Assembly: GCA_038234075.1 (NCBI GenBank)
Contig: JBBSUV010000003.1
Location: 65,136 to 129,135, forward strand
DNA from: Flavobacteriales bacterium
GTDB lineage: Bacteria; Bacteroidota; Bacteroidia; Flavobacteriales_F; PHOS-HE28
Length of the DNA: 64,000 bases
Direction of reading: 5' to 3'
The notes under the pieces were generated by a model. The model saw only the letters and a program-made list of their open reading frames with translations, was not told the DNA's origin and did no database searches. Made by a program: the position numbers and the translations under genes. How positions within the stretch are numbered: position 1 is the first letter of the stretch; every line of letters starts with the position of its first letter. Positions 19,640-28,237 of the stretch are shown piece after piece.

Positions 19640-20602
19640 CTAGTGATGGACGATCTCGATGTTGCGCGGAGGCACAGTGATTGGGGCCACGCCGAGCTTG
19701 AGGATGATGCGTTGTCCTTTATGGTTGGCGACAAAGGAAACAAAACCAGTGCCAAGACCGCTCTTCCCTTCTGTGAGCAGTATGTTCATGGTTCTTCGCA
19801 GAGGATATCGGCCGTCCGCGATGGAGCTTTGGCTGGGTAGAACGGCGTCAGTGCCGCCTGCAGCGGAAACAGGGAGCAGTTTGATCTGCTCACGTAATGC
19901 GAGCGCAGTAGGATCATCCAGATCACTTATCGCGGCGAACGGGATGAATCCGATGGCGCTTTCATCCCGGGAAACCTGTGCGATAACGCTCCTCACATCG
20001 GGTAATGCGCCCCCGCGGATACCTCCCTTCAAGTGCAGAGTGTCCATCAGCATACGCGCAACGCCGCTGCCACTGCCTGCGAAAACCGCCCGCAAAGTGA
20101 CCCCGCCCGAGTTCACCCCAGCGGTGGTGTCGCTGTTCAAAATGGCACGAACCTCAGCCAGGTCCAGCCGAACGATGGGGTTGACCTTGTTCACCACCAC
20201 GGCGATGGCGTCGGTATAAATGGGCACCACGGGCAGTGTATTCAACTTCCGTCGCTGGAAATCGGCCTGCTGGTCGGGTCCATACGCTCCGGAGGTGACC
20301 ACGCACCGCACGCTGTCATTCATCATCGCCTTCAGCAGTTCGCCCTCGCTCATGTACCGGACCTCTACCTCGGCATTGGCATAGATCGCGTTGAAGATGG
20401 TCGCTTCTGCTTCGATCACAGTTCGGCTGTCCACATCCGCCAGCAAAAGCACCTTACCGGAAGTGGGCGTGTCATCCATGCCTGGATCGGGCGCGGTGAA
20501 GCGGCAACCGTGCAACAGCAAGGCACTGGCCACCACGATGAGGCCGGGGATCGCTCTGTTGCGCTGCTCCACTATTCGTTCTCCGCTTGTTTCTGGCGCC
20601 AC
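19640..20602 (-). CDS. PstS-like phosphate-binding periplasmic protein (PBP superfamily) associated with the Ton cluster
   Basis: 320 aa; lipoprotein-like signal (LLLHGC); PstS/PhoT-family C-terminal motifs (AVFAGSGSG...AIGFIPFA...GRYPLRRTMNILL). Confidence 0.6.
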   Translation of the reverse strand: MAPETSGERIVEQRNRAIPGLIVVASALLLHGCRFTAPDPGMDDTPTSGKVLLLADVDSRTVIEAEATIFNAIYANAEVEVRYMSEGELLKAMMNDSVRCVVTSGAYGPDQQADFQRRKLNTLPVVPIYTDAIAVVVNKVNPIVRLDLAEVRAILNSDTTAGVNSGGVTLRAVFAGSGSGVARMLMDTLHLKGGIRGGALPDVRSVIAQVSRDESAIGFIPFAAISDLDDPTALALREQIKLLPVSAAGGTDAVLPSQSSIADGRYPLRRTMNILLTEGKSGLGTGFVSFVANHKGQRIILKLGVAPITVPPRNIEIVHH

Positions 20603-20757
20603 ATGAAGCCTCTCACCACTCCGTAGACCACAAGGACCAGCCCCAAGGGGATCCGGAAGCGTGTGATCTCCGGTGTCAGGAAATTCGTGAACAGGATCAT
20701 AACCCCGGCCAATACATAGACCACGCTCATCGTCAATGCGAAATACTTCATCCTCAC
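20572..20757 (-). CDS. small two-TM membrane protein
   Basis: 61 aa and hydrophobic (LAGVMILFTNFL...LVLVVYGVV). It fills the gap between tonB and the PstS-like gene. There is a 31-bp overlap with the downstream gene. Confidence 0.35.
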   Translation of the reverse strand: MRMKYFALTMSVVYVLAGVMILFTNFLTPEITRFRIPLGLVLVVYGVVRGFMWRQKQAENE

Positions 20758-20760
20758 ACG

Positions 20761-21627
20761 CTATCGGGTCTCAAATCTAATGGGCAAAGTAAGGCGGCAC
20801 CGCACATCGTGGCCGTTCATGCGGGCGGGTTTCCAGCGGGGCATTCGCCGCAAGGTGCGTTCTGCCGCGCCCTTGTAAGCGGCCTGCTGGCCTTTCACCG
20901 CAAGCACATCTTCCACTGACCCGTCCAGTCCCACCGTGAACTGCACGTAGACCACGTCCTTTGCCGCCCCGTCGGAGGGGAATTCCAGATTGCGCCGTAC
21001 CCATTCGGCCAACGCTGACTCGCCGCCTGGGAACAAAGGCACCTCCTGCACCTCGTAGCCGTTCCAGACGTTCCTTCCAAGGTCCGTGCCTGCACCACCG
21101 CTCACGCTCCCTCCGGGATCAGTGGCCGCCCCTTTCCTGCCGCCTCCAAGTAGGCCGGGAAAAGTGACGGCGGTCTGGATCGTATCCACACGAGGAGCTA
21201 CTGAAACCACCGGAATATCCACCACTTCCACCACTTTCGGCTTCTCCGGGTCCGGTTTCACAGGAAGCAATACAGCGGCTTTAGCGGAGGTCGTCGGTTG
21301 CGGTGGTATCGGAGGAAGGTCGATCACGCGGCCGAGATCGACGTCCACCACTATCTGATGAGGCACGTCGGCCACTGGATGCCAACCGATGTGCGCGATC
21401 GCCGTAACGACCACCACGGCTGTGCATATGGAGCCCACAGAGGCCAGAAGGGCGACGCCGACGCGGTTGTTGTAATCCTCCCGTAGGCGATAGGCGCCAT
21501 ACTCCCGGTTGCGGTCAGCGAACACAAGGGCGTTGCGATCGGCGTGAGTCTCATCGTTCCACGAACTACCCGGACCTAATGCAAGACAGAGCAGGACGAA
21601 AAGGACCAATGCAGCGGAGATGAACAT
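20761..21627 (-). CDS. tonB: energy transducer TonB (paralog 1)
   Basis: N-terminal TM, a Bacteroidota YGAYRLREDYNNR motif, a Pro-rich linker and a C-terminal TonB domain (VYVQFTVGLDGSVEDV...RRMPRWKPARMNGHDVRCRLTLPIRF). Confidence 0.8.
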   Translation of the reverse strand: MFISAALVLFVLLCLALGPGSSWNDETHADRNALVFADRNREYGAYRLREDYNNRVGVALLASVGSICTAVVVVTAIAHIGWHPVADVPHQIVVDVDLGRVIDLPPIPPQPTTSAKAAVLLPVKPDPEKPKVVEVVDIPVVSVAPRVDTIQTAVTFPGLLGGGRKGAATDPGGSVSGGAGTDLGRNVWNGYEVQEVPLFPGGESALAEWVRRNLEFPSDGAAKDVVYVQFTVGLDGSVEDVLAVKGQQAAYKGAAERTLRRMPRWKPARMNGHDVRCRLTLPIRFETR

Positions 21628-21868
21628 GAGGGTGCGGTGTTGGTTGAACAGGGTTTCCTTTCACCTGTACAACCGGAGAAGCCGACCGTTCATTGCACCG
21701 ATGACCCGATCGCCACGACCGTTGCTCAAGGACCGACCTGAACTTGGGGCTGGGTCAAAAGGAACTATCCGGCCTAGCCCCATAAAAGGTGCACGGATCG
21801 CCGCCGCTGACAAATGACGCAACACGCGCGTAGCCTTGTGCCGCTCGATGCTTACGATGATAACGACC

Positions 21869-22708
21869 CTACTTCAGCTTGAAGTCCACAGGGATGGTGA
21901 ACCGGCACTTCACTGCCTTGCCGTTCATCTTGCCCGGGCTCCATTTTGGCATGGACTTTACCGCGCGCAAGGCCTCCTTGTCCAGACCGGGGCTTACCCC
22001 CCGGCGCACTTTCACGTCCTCCACACTGCCGTCCTTGTCCACAACGAACTCGATATAGACCTTGCCTTGGATCCCAGCATCGAACTCCATGTCAGGATAC
22101 TTTGTATTGGCATGGAGGTATTCATACATCTTGGCCATTCCACCGGGAAAATCCGGTTGCTCTTGCACGGCGGCCAGGTCATAGGTCTCCTCCTCCACGG
22201 GCGGTGGGGGCGGGGGCGCATCGATCTTTTGGCCTTCCTGCGTGGAGGTGCTTGCAGTGGTCGTACTGAGATCCTCTTGGGTGGGCGGGGGAGCTTCCAC
22301 AGGCGCATCGGCAGCCTCCACTGCCGTGAATTTCACGGTCTCGATCTGCGGCTGCGGAGGAGGCACCACTTCAGGTGGAGGCGGTGGTTCATCCGGCTTC
22401 TCTTCTTGGAAAAGGTCCAAGTTCACGTCCACGATCTTCACTTTCTCCGGCTCCTTATCAGTAGTTCCGAATTTGGAGACCACGAAAGGCGTGCCTACCA
22501 ACAAGGCGAAGAAACCGACAGCGCACAGGATGGCCAGGCCGAGACGACGGTTGTAGTCGAGCCGCAGTTCATATGCCCCATAATCCTTGTGGCGGGTAGC
22601 GAACACCAGATCGTTGCGAAGACCCTGGAGCAGGTTCATCCACGAGGTATCGTAGGTGAGACCCACGCTCAACAGGAGCAGTACGGCTATGATGATCGCG
22701 TAGGCCAT
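21869..22708 (-). CDS. tonB: energy transducer TonB (paralog 2)
   Basis: Same architecture as paralog 1: YGAYELRLDYNRR, a PPPPPEVVPPPQP linker, and a C-terminal TonB domain (VYIEFVVDKDGSVEDVKV...KSMPKWSPGKMNGKAVKCRFTIPVDF). Confidence 0.8.
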   Translation of the reverse strand: MAYAIIIAVLLLLSVGLTYDTSWMNLLQGLRNDLVFATRHKDYGAYELRLDYNRRLGLAILCAVGFFALLVGTPFVVSKFGTTDKEPEKVKIVDVNLDLFQEEKPDEPPPPPEVVPPPQPQIETVKFTAVEAADAPVEAPPPTQEDLSTTTASTSTQEGQKIDAPPPPPPVEEETYDLAAVQEQPDFPGGMAKMYEYLHANTKYPDMEFDAGIQGKVYIEFVVDKDGSVEDVKVRRGVSPGLDKEALRAVKSMPKWSPGKMNGKAVKCRFTIPVDFKLK

Positions 22709-22711
22709 GGA

Positions 22712-23332
22712 TCAGAATTTGAGTTTCTCCGCTTCCACAAGTGTTGATTCGGCCGGCTTTAGACTATCCTGCACGGAATATTTGTCGATCCCGCTGATGG
22801 ACATATCGTCCACGATGTCGATCATGTTCCGGTACTTGGCATCCTTGTCCGGCTTGATGATCACGAAGAGTGCGTCCTTTTCCTTCTGCACGTTCTTCTT
22901 CAGCGAATCATATGCGGCCTGCGTGATCTGGTTCGCATTGAGCCTTCTGCCAAGCTCCTGCACTTGGTCGAAGGTGGTTTTGTTCATGTCGACCAACAGC
23001 GGTGTGATCTTGCTGAAATCCGTGCGGGTCAAGGTCGTGGATTCCGGCTTGAACTCGTCCTTGTAATAAAGGATCTGGTTGTCCTTGGTGAGGAAAAGTG
23101 TGAGCGCGTTGTTCACCTTATCCGGCTTGTTCTCTTTTTCCTTATCAGGAACGGGGAAGGTCAACTGCAATGTTGACGGCTTGTACATGGTGGTGGTGAG
23201 GATGAAGAAAGTGAGCAACAGGAAGGCCAGATCGACCATGGGTGTCATGTCGATCTTGGTGTTGCCCTTCTTGGCCCGCTTCTTCTGGTGCCGGCCGCCG
23301 CCGCCTCCATCCCCTCCTGGTACGTCTGCCAT
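22712..23332 (-). CDS. exbD: biopolymer transport protein ExbD/TolR
   Basis: DMTPMVDLAFLLLTFFILTT motif plus a periplasmic domain. Confidence 0.8.
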   Translation of the reverse strand: MADVPGGDGGGGGRHQKKRAKKGNTKIDMTPMVDLAFLLLTFFILTTTMYKPSTLQLTFPVPDKEKENKPDKVNNALTLFLTKDNQILYYKDEFKPESTTLTRTDFSKITPLLVDMNKTTFDQVQELGRRLNANQITQAAYDSLKKNVQKEKDALFVIIKPDKDAKYRNMIDIVDDMSISGIDKYSVQDSLKPAESTLVEAEKLKF

Positions 23333-23428
23333 GTTTTTTTCAGTGTCTACCCCCGGTCGGCGGGGCGTTGCGTGGTTGCTTCGTTGCTCAGTGGACAGTG
23401 TTCATATATAACGCGGTACACCCAAGGA

Positions 23429-24085
23429 TCATTTTTTTTCAGTCGCCGGTGTCATGATCCGGCTTTCCTCCAGGTCGGTGATCATCTTGAACCGGTTGAT
23501 CGCCACAGTGGGGCTTTGGAAGATCTTGATCACCTTGCTGATAACCGAATAGTTCACATTGCCATCGCCCTTCAACGCCACGATGGGATTCTTCCCTTCG
23601 GCACCGCTGCTAAAGATAAGCTGTGTAACGCGGATCCAGTTCAATAACTGGTTGTCGGTGCTGTCGATCGGGACCCCAGGCGAGGCCCGGTCCATCTCCT
23701 TACGTTCCAAGGGGCTGTCCAGTGACAAGTAGGCCGAAAGTTTTTGCATGGGGATGCCGATGTCGTTGAGGTTCACGAAGCGTTGTTCTTGCTCGGGTCC
23801 CAAGGTCAGGTTGTAGCGTTTGGCCATCTCCTTGATCACCTCGGCGCGCACTTTCTTGTCGGTGAAATCCCAGAACACGCGACCGCTGCTGTCCACGGTC
23901 ACCGTCATCAGGTTCTCTGTGGGGATCGGGCTCTGGCTCATGCTGCTGGGCGTATCAACAACCACGGCCTCCTCTGGACGGAACTGGGCAGTAAGCATGA
24001 AGAAGGTGACCAGCAGGAACCCGAGGTCCACCATCGGCGTCATATCCAGCGAAGGGCTGGTGCGGGGCATCTTGAGCTTCGACAT
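23429..24085 (-). CDS. exbD: biopolymer transport protein ExbD/TolR (second copy)
   Basis: DMTPMVDLGFLLVTFFMLTAQF; start at internal MSKLKMP. Confidence 0.8.
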   Translation of the reverse strand: MSKLKMPRTSPSLDMTPMVDLGFLLVTFFMLTAQFRPEEAVVVDTPSSMSQSPIPTENLMTVTVDSSGRVFWDFTDKKVRAEVIKEMAKRYNLTLGPEQEQRFVNLNDIGIPMQKLSAYLSLDSPLERKEMDRASPGVPIDSTDNQLLNWIRVTQLIFSSGAEGKNPIVALKGDGNVNYSVISKVIKIFQSPTVAINRFKMITDLEESRIMTPATEKK

Positions 24086-24135
24086 GCTGTTGGGGCTAGC
24101 AACGTATAGGCGATACATGCATCGCCCGTAAGTTG

Positions 24136-24948
24136 TTATTTGTGGTTCGCCAAGGTTTGGCTGACGCTGAAGCCGGCCTCATCGATGCCGTGGGTGATGC
24201 CGTCGATCTTGGTGCTGAAGTAATTGAACATGATGATGGCGATGCAGGAACCAGTGATACCGAGGGCGGTGTTGATAAGGGCCTCGGAGATACCGGTGGA
24301 GAGCGCAGTGGCGTCGGGGGTGCCAGCTACGGCCATGGCGTTGAAGGCCCGGATCATCCCGAGCACCGTGCCGATCAGGCCCACGAGGGTGCTGATGGAG
24401 GCGCATGTGGAGATGATCACCAGATTCTTGCTCAACATGGGAAGCTCCAGTGCGGTGGCCTCCTCGATCTCCTGCTTCACGATATTGATCTTCGTCTCTT
24501 TGTCCAAGAGATCGTCGTGCAGCACGGTCTGGTACTTCTCCAGCCCGCTACGCATCACGCTGGCCACGCTGCCGCGTTGCTCGTCGCAGGCCGCGATGGC
24601 CTCGTCCACGCGGTCGGCGGCAAGCAACTGGCGTACGTTGTGCAGGAACTCGTCGATCCGTCCCTTCCCTTTGGCTCGTCCCAAGGTGACAAACCGCTCA
24701 ATGGAGAAGATGATCACCAGTAGCAAGATCGTGATCAGGATCGGAACGATGAAGCCCCCCTTGTGGATCAGGCCATAGGTCTGGTTAGGGGCGAACTTCA
24801 CCGGGTGCCCGTTGATCGGGTCCCCGCCCTCGAAATTCCCTGGATCACCTAGGACGAACATGTAGAACAAGATGCTGACACCAAGTGCCACGGGTATCGC
24901 CAAAGCCACGAACAGGCTTGACATCTTTCCGGATTTGCGTTCGCTCAT
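24136..24948 (-). CDS. exbB: MotA/TolQ/ExbB proton-channel protein
   Basis: 270 aa with three TM helices and the motif TLVGLIGTVLGMIRAF. Confidence 0.85.
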   Translation of the reverse strand: MSERKSGKMSSLFVALAIPVALGVSILFYMFVLGDPGNFEGGDPINGHPVKFAPNQTYGLIHKGGFIVPILITILLLVIIFSIERFVTLGRAKGKGRIDEFLHNVRQLLAADRVDEAIAACDEQRGSVASVMRSGLEKYQTVLHDDLLDKETKINIVKQEIEEATALELPMLSKNLVIISTCASISTLVGLIGTVLGMIRAFNAMAVAGTPDATALSTGISEALINTALGITGSCIAIIMFNYFSTKIDGITHGIDEAGFSVSQTLANHK

Positions 24949-25310
24949 GTATTGTTGGTTTCGAAGTTGAAGGTAGCTCGTGGGTTCGTTCGTCCGATGT
25001 TCGATGCCTTACCTCGACGGCTATTGCCGAGGGGGGCGCAAACATAGCAAGTACATCGTTTTCCAGAACCGTGTGCTGCGAATGTTCACATAGGACCCCC
25101 CCCTCGTGGGCCGGTCGGAACTGAACGCGTGTCCGCACCGATCCTTGCCCGAAGCGTGGAACACTCCCGGAATACGGTGGGTTCTGATCAAGCATCGGTT
25201 GCGCGCGACCGAGGTTCGCGTTGCTGTCCACTGCCTCAATATGCGGTGCGCCCATTTCAGGCATCCAACTATCCGTGCATTATTTGGGTCGGATATATTT
25301 TCCATGTAAA

Positions 25311-25318
25311 GTAAATTT
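25311..25318 (+). promoter_or_regulatory. Bacteroidota-type -7 element TAnnTTTG upstream of the pirin gene
   Basis: TAAATTTG lies 20 nt upstream of the ATG at 25339, inside the AT-rich patch of a 390-bp divergent intergenic region. The -33 TTG is only weakly matched. Confidence 0.3.
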
Positions 25319-25338
25319 GTACTACCAGCGACTACATC

Positions 25339-26079
25339 ATGAACACATCAACATCCTCCCTGCAGACCATTCTTCACACAGCCGATACCCGTGGCCATGC
25401 CGATCACGGATGGTTGAACGCTTGGCATTCCTTCAGCTTCGCCAACTGGTACAACCCGGAGCGCATGCACTTCGGCGCGTTACGCGTCCTGAACGACGAC
25501 ACGATCGCCGCAGGCAAAGGCTTCGGCACGCATCCTCACGATAACATGGAGATCATCACCATCGTGATGGAAGGCGCTCTCATGCACAAGGACAGCATGG
25601 GCAACGAAGGCATCATCAAGGCCGGTGACTTGCAAGTGATGAGCGCCGGCACCGGAGTCCGTCACAGCGAGTTCAACCCCGATCCGGAGCACAGAAGCAA
25701 GCTCTTCCAAGTGTGGCTTTTCCCCAGCGAGCGTGGACTGGCGCCGCGGTATGACCAGATCACGCTGGACCCGAAGGAGAGGGTGAACAAGTTCCAACAG
25801 ATCGTTTCCCCGGATCCGGACGATGCCGGAACATGGATCCATCAAGATGCTTGGTTCCAGCTCGGCAAGTTCGATGGCGGACGCACAGAGCGCTACACCA
25901 TCAAGCGATCTGGCCATGGAGTTTACGCGCTTGTAGTTTCCGGCAGTGCCGGGATCCAAGGTCAAAAACTGAACACACGCGATGCGATCGGCGTTAGCGG
26001 GGTGGAGGAACTGGAGATACATATCGGGAGCGACGGGGCGGAGCTGCTGCTGATCGATGTGCCGATGGAATTGAACTGA
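25339..26079 (+). CDS. pirin-family cupin protein
   Basis: The HPH..E metal-binding motifs are present (GFGTHPHDNMEIITIVMEGAL). The ORF is 246 aa. Confidence 0.85.
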   Translation: MNTSTSSLQTILHTADTRGHADHGWLNAWHSFSFANWYNPERMHFGALRVLNDDTIAAGKGFGTHPHDNMEIITIVMEGALMHKDSMGNEGIIKAGDLQVMSAGTGVRHSEFNPDPEHRSKLFQVWLFPSERGLAPRYDQITLDPKERVNKFQQIVSPDPDDAGTWIHQDAWFQLGKFDGGRTERYTIKRSGHGVYALVVSGSAGIQGQKLNTRDAIGVSGVEELEIHIGSDGAELLLIDVPMELN

Positions 26080-26105
26080 GCACAAACCAAGACAACAAAC
26101 ACAAC

Positions 26106-26684
26106 ATGAAAGACCAAGCTGAAATGACCGCTGCGGAAACCGCCAATTCGAAACGTGTGAAGTGGACGATCGATCCCGCGCACAGCGAGATCCAGTTCAA
26201 GGTGAAGCACCTGATGATCACCACCGTCACGGGCAGCTTCCAGAAATTCGATGCCGACATCGAAGTAGCCGGTGATGACCTGAGCACGGCCAAGGTGGAG
26301 TTCTCAGCTGATATCAATAGCATCACCACCAACAACGAGCAGCGGGACGCGCACCTGAAGACGGCGGATTTCTTCAACAGTGAAAAGAACCCCAAGATCA
26401 CCTTCACCGCTACTGGCGCGGAATCCGTGGACCACGACGGAAGCTGGACCCTCAGGGGCGACCTCACCATGAGCGGTATCACCAAGGCGGTGAAGCTGGA
26501 TGTGGAATGGGGCGGCGTGATCAAGGACCCGTATGGCAATACGAAGGCCGGGGTGAGCATTCACGGTAAGATGAACCGCAAGGATTGGGGTATCAATTGG
26601 AACGCAGCCTTGGAGGCAGGCGGGGTGATGTTGAGCGACGAGGTGCGCATCGCCTGTGAATTGGAATTGGTGAAGCAGGGCTGA
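26106..26684 (+). CDS. YceI-family periplasmic protein
   Basis: IDPAHSEIQFKVKHLMITTVTGSF is the YceI-like lipocalin signature. Confidence 0.8.
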   Translation: MKDQAEMTAAETANSKRVKWTIDPAHSEIQFKVKHLMITTVTGSFQKFDADIEVAGDDLSTAKVEFSADINSITTNNEQRDAHLKTADFFNSEKNPKITFTATGAESVDHDGSWTLRGDLTMSGITKAVKLDVEWGGVIKDPYGNTKAGVSIHGKMNRKDWGINWNAALEAGGVMLSDEVRIACELELVKQG

Positions 26685-26713
26685 GGTTGGAGGATGGTCG
26701 GAGATATGTGAAA

Positions 26714-26757
26714 AGTCAGGAGTCGGGAGTCATGAGTCCGACTCTCCACTCCTGACT
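26714..26757 (+). terminator. hairpin after the YceI gene
   Basis: AGTCAGGAGT...ACTCCTGACT is a perfect 10-bp outer stem with an imperfect inner stem. Confidence 0.35.
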
Positions 26758-26786
26758 CAGACCTGCACTCCCCCTAACTTCACCGC

Positions 26787-27530
26787 GTGAAAAAGATCAA
26801 CGACACCACCATCGCCCTCCTGATCGACGGCGATAACGCGGCACCGCGCCGCCTCGCTCCTATTTTGGAGGAAGTCTCGAAGAAGGGCACCATCACCATC
26901 CGCCGCATCTATGGCGATTGGACCACCACTGGCATGAGCGGCTGGAAGGACCTGCTGAACGCCAACGCCATCCAGCCCGTGCAGCAATTCGCTTACACAA
27001 AGGGCAAGAACAGCACCGACAGCGCGCTCATCATCGATGCCATGGACATCCTCCACGGTGGTATGGTGGACGCCTTCTGTATCGTTAGCAGCGACAGCGA
27101 CTATACCCGTCTCGCGACCCGCTTGCGCGAGGCCGGCCTGTACGTGATGGGCGTAGGTGAGAAAAAGACCCCCGATGCCTTCGTGCAGGCCTGCGAACGC
27201 TTCATCTATGTGGAGAACCTGGATGTGCAGGACGAACCTCGTGCAGCTGCCAAGAAGAACGGCACACGGGCCAAAGCCCCCTCGGCCCCCTTGTCCGGCA
27301 ATGCTTCGCTGATGAAAAAGCTGCGCAAGGCCTTCATCGTGGCCAAAGGAGAGGAGGAGGAAGCCTCGCTGAGCCTTGTGGGCCAAGCCCTGCGTCGGTT
27401 GGACCCGGGCTTCGATCCGCGTAGCTACGGCCACGGCTCGCTCTCTTCCTTGATCAACGCATTGAAGGATCAGGTGGAGACCCGCCGCGAGGAGAAGGGG
27501 AATACGGTTATGATGCGGCTCAAGGGGTGA
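26787..27530 (+). CDS. NYN (LabA-like) RNase-domain protein with C-terminal OST-HTH/LOTUS domain
   Basis: GTG start; ALLIDGDNA...CIVSSDSDYTRLATRLREAGLYVMGVG (NYN); C-terminal ASLSLVGQALRRLDPGFDPRSYGHGSLSSLI (OST-HTH). Confidence 0.7.
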   Translation: MKKINDTTIALLIDGDNAAPRRLAPILEEVSKKGTITIRRIYGDWTTTGMSGWKDLLNANAIQPVQQFAYTKGKNSTDSALIIDAMDILHGGMVDAFCIVSSDSDYTRLATRLREAGLYVMGVGEKKTPDAFVQACERFIYVENLDVQDEPRAAAKKNGTRAKAPSAPLSGNASLMKKLRKAFIVAKGEEEEASLSLVGQALRRLDPGFDPRSYGHGSLSSLINALKDQVETRREEKGNTVMMRLKG

Positions 27531-27626
27531 GGGGGAATTTGAAGCGCCTCTATTCGGGAAGAGTCTATCTGGTGCGAGTGTCAATTCCCGAAAGTCGACC
27601 CGCTAAACCCGCTACCTTGGTCAAGC

Positions 27627-27865
27627 ATGCCCAAACTGTTACAGAAGAACGGCTTCAGCTTTTACTTTTGGAGCGAGGAAGGCAACGAACCACCGCACGT
27701 GCATGTGAGCAAAGGCGAAGGATTGGCCAAGTGGTGGTTGACACCGACGCTTCGAGCAGAATACTCGAACGGCTTCAAGAAATCGGAACAACGACAGATC
27801 AAGGAGCTTATCGAAGAACAGCCTTCATCAAAGCTTGGGAAAAGTACTTCAACGCACATGGATGA
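27627..27865 (+). pseudogene. DUF4160-family gene disrupted by a 1-nt frameshift (or fused in frame to the downstream DUF2442)
   Basis: The N-terminus, MPKLLQKNGFSFYFWSEEGNEPPHVHV..IKELIEEQ, is in frame 0. The expected C-terminus, AFIKAWEKYFNAHG*, is in the -1 frame and ends at 27865. The two frames join at about 27818, where CAG|CC lacks one base. Confidence 0.5.
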
Positions 27866-28232
27866 CGTTCGCGCCACTGATCCGCTTGACCGCTTGATCA
27901 TCGAGGAAGGACTGCGCATCAAAGGGATCCAGCCGGTCCCCGATGGTAGTGCCTTGGTGCTGAAGCTGACCAATGGCGCCACCGTATTCGCGCCGCTGGA
28001 TGATGTGCCGCAATTGGCCAAGGCCAGTAAAAAAGACCGGCTTGCTTACAAGTTGATCGCCAGTGGAACAGCCATCGGTTGGGAAAAGCTGGATGTGCAT
28101 TTGTCCTTGAAGGGCTTCCTCACTTCCGTGGTCCGGAGCGAGGTGATCCGGCGATTGACCGAACCAACACACGGGCCATTTGTTGCCCAAGCACGGAAAC
28201 CCGCACCTGTCCGGACCCGCAAAAAGAATTGA
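27858..28232 (+). CDS. DUF2442-family protein
   Basis: ORF beginning MDDVRATD; core LRIKGIQPVPDGSALVLKLTNGATVFAPLDDV...IGWEKLDVHLSLKGFL matches the DUF2442 pattern. There is an ATGGATGA overlap with the DUF4160 stop. Confidence 0.55.
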   Translation: MDDVRATDPLDRLIIEEGLRIKGIQPVPDGSALVLKLTNGATVFAPLDDVPQLAKASKKDRLAYKLIASGTAIGWEKLDVHLSLKGFLTSVVRSEVIRRLTEPTHGPFVAQARKPAPVRTRKKN

Positions 28233-28237
28233 CCATC

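Noticed and set aside
24949-25338. 390-bp intergenic region screened for tRNA or structured RNA
   Set aside because: No cloverleaf-compatible segments or GTTCRANYC T-loop were found. It is interpreted as a divergent promoter region; a Bacteroidota -7 motif lies upstream of the pirin gene.
27527-27865. 112-aa ORF as an independent gene
   Set aside because: Only its last ~15 codons (AFIKAWEKYFNAHG) look protein-like, and they correspond to the displaced C-terminus of the frameshifted DUF4160 gene.
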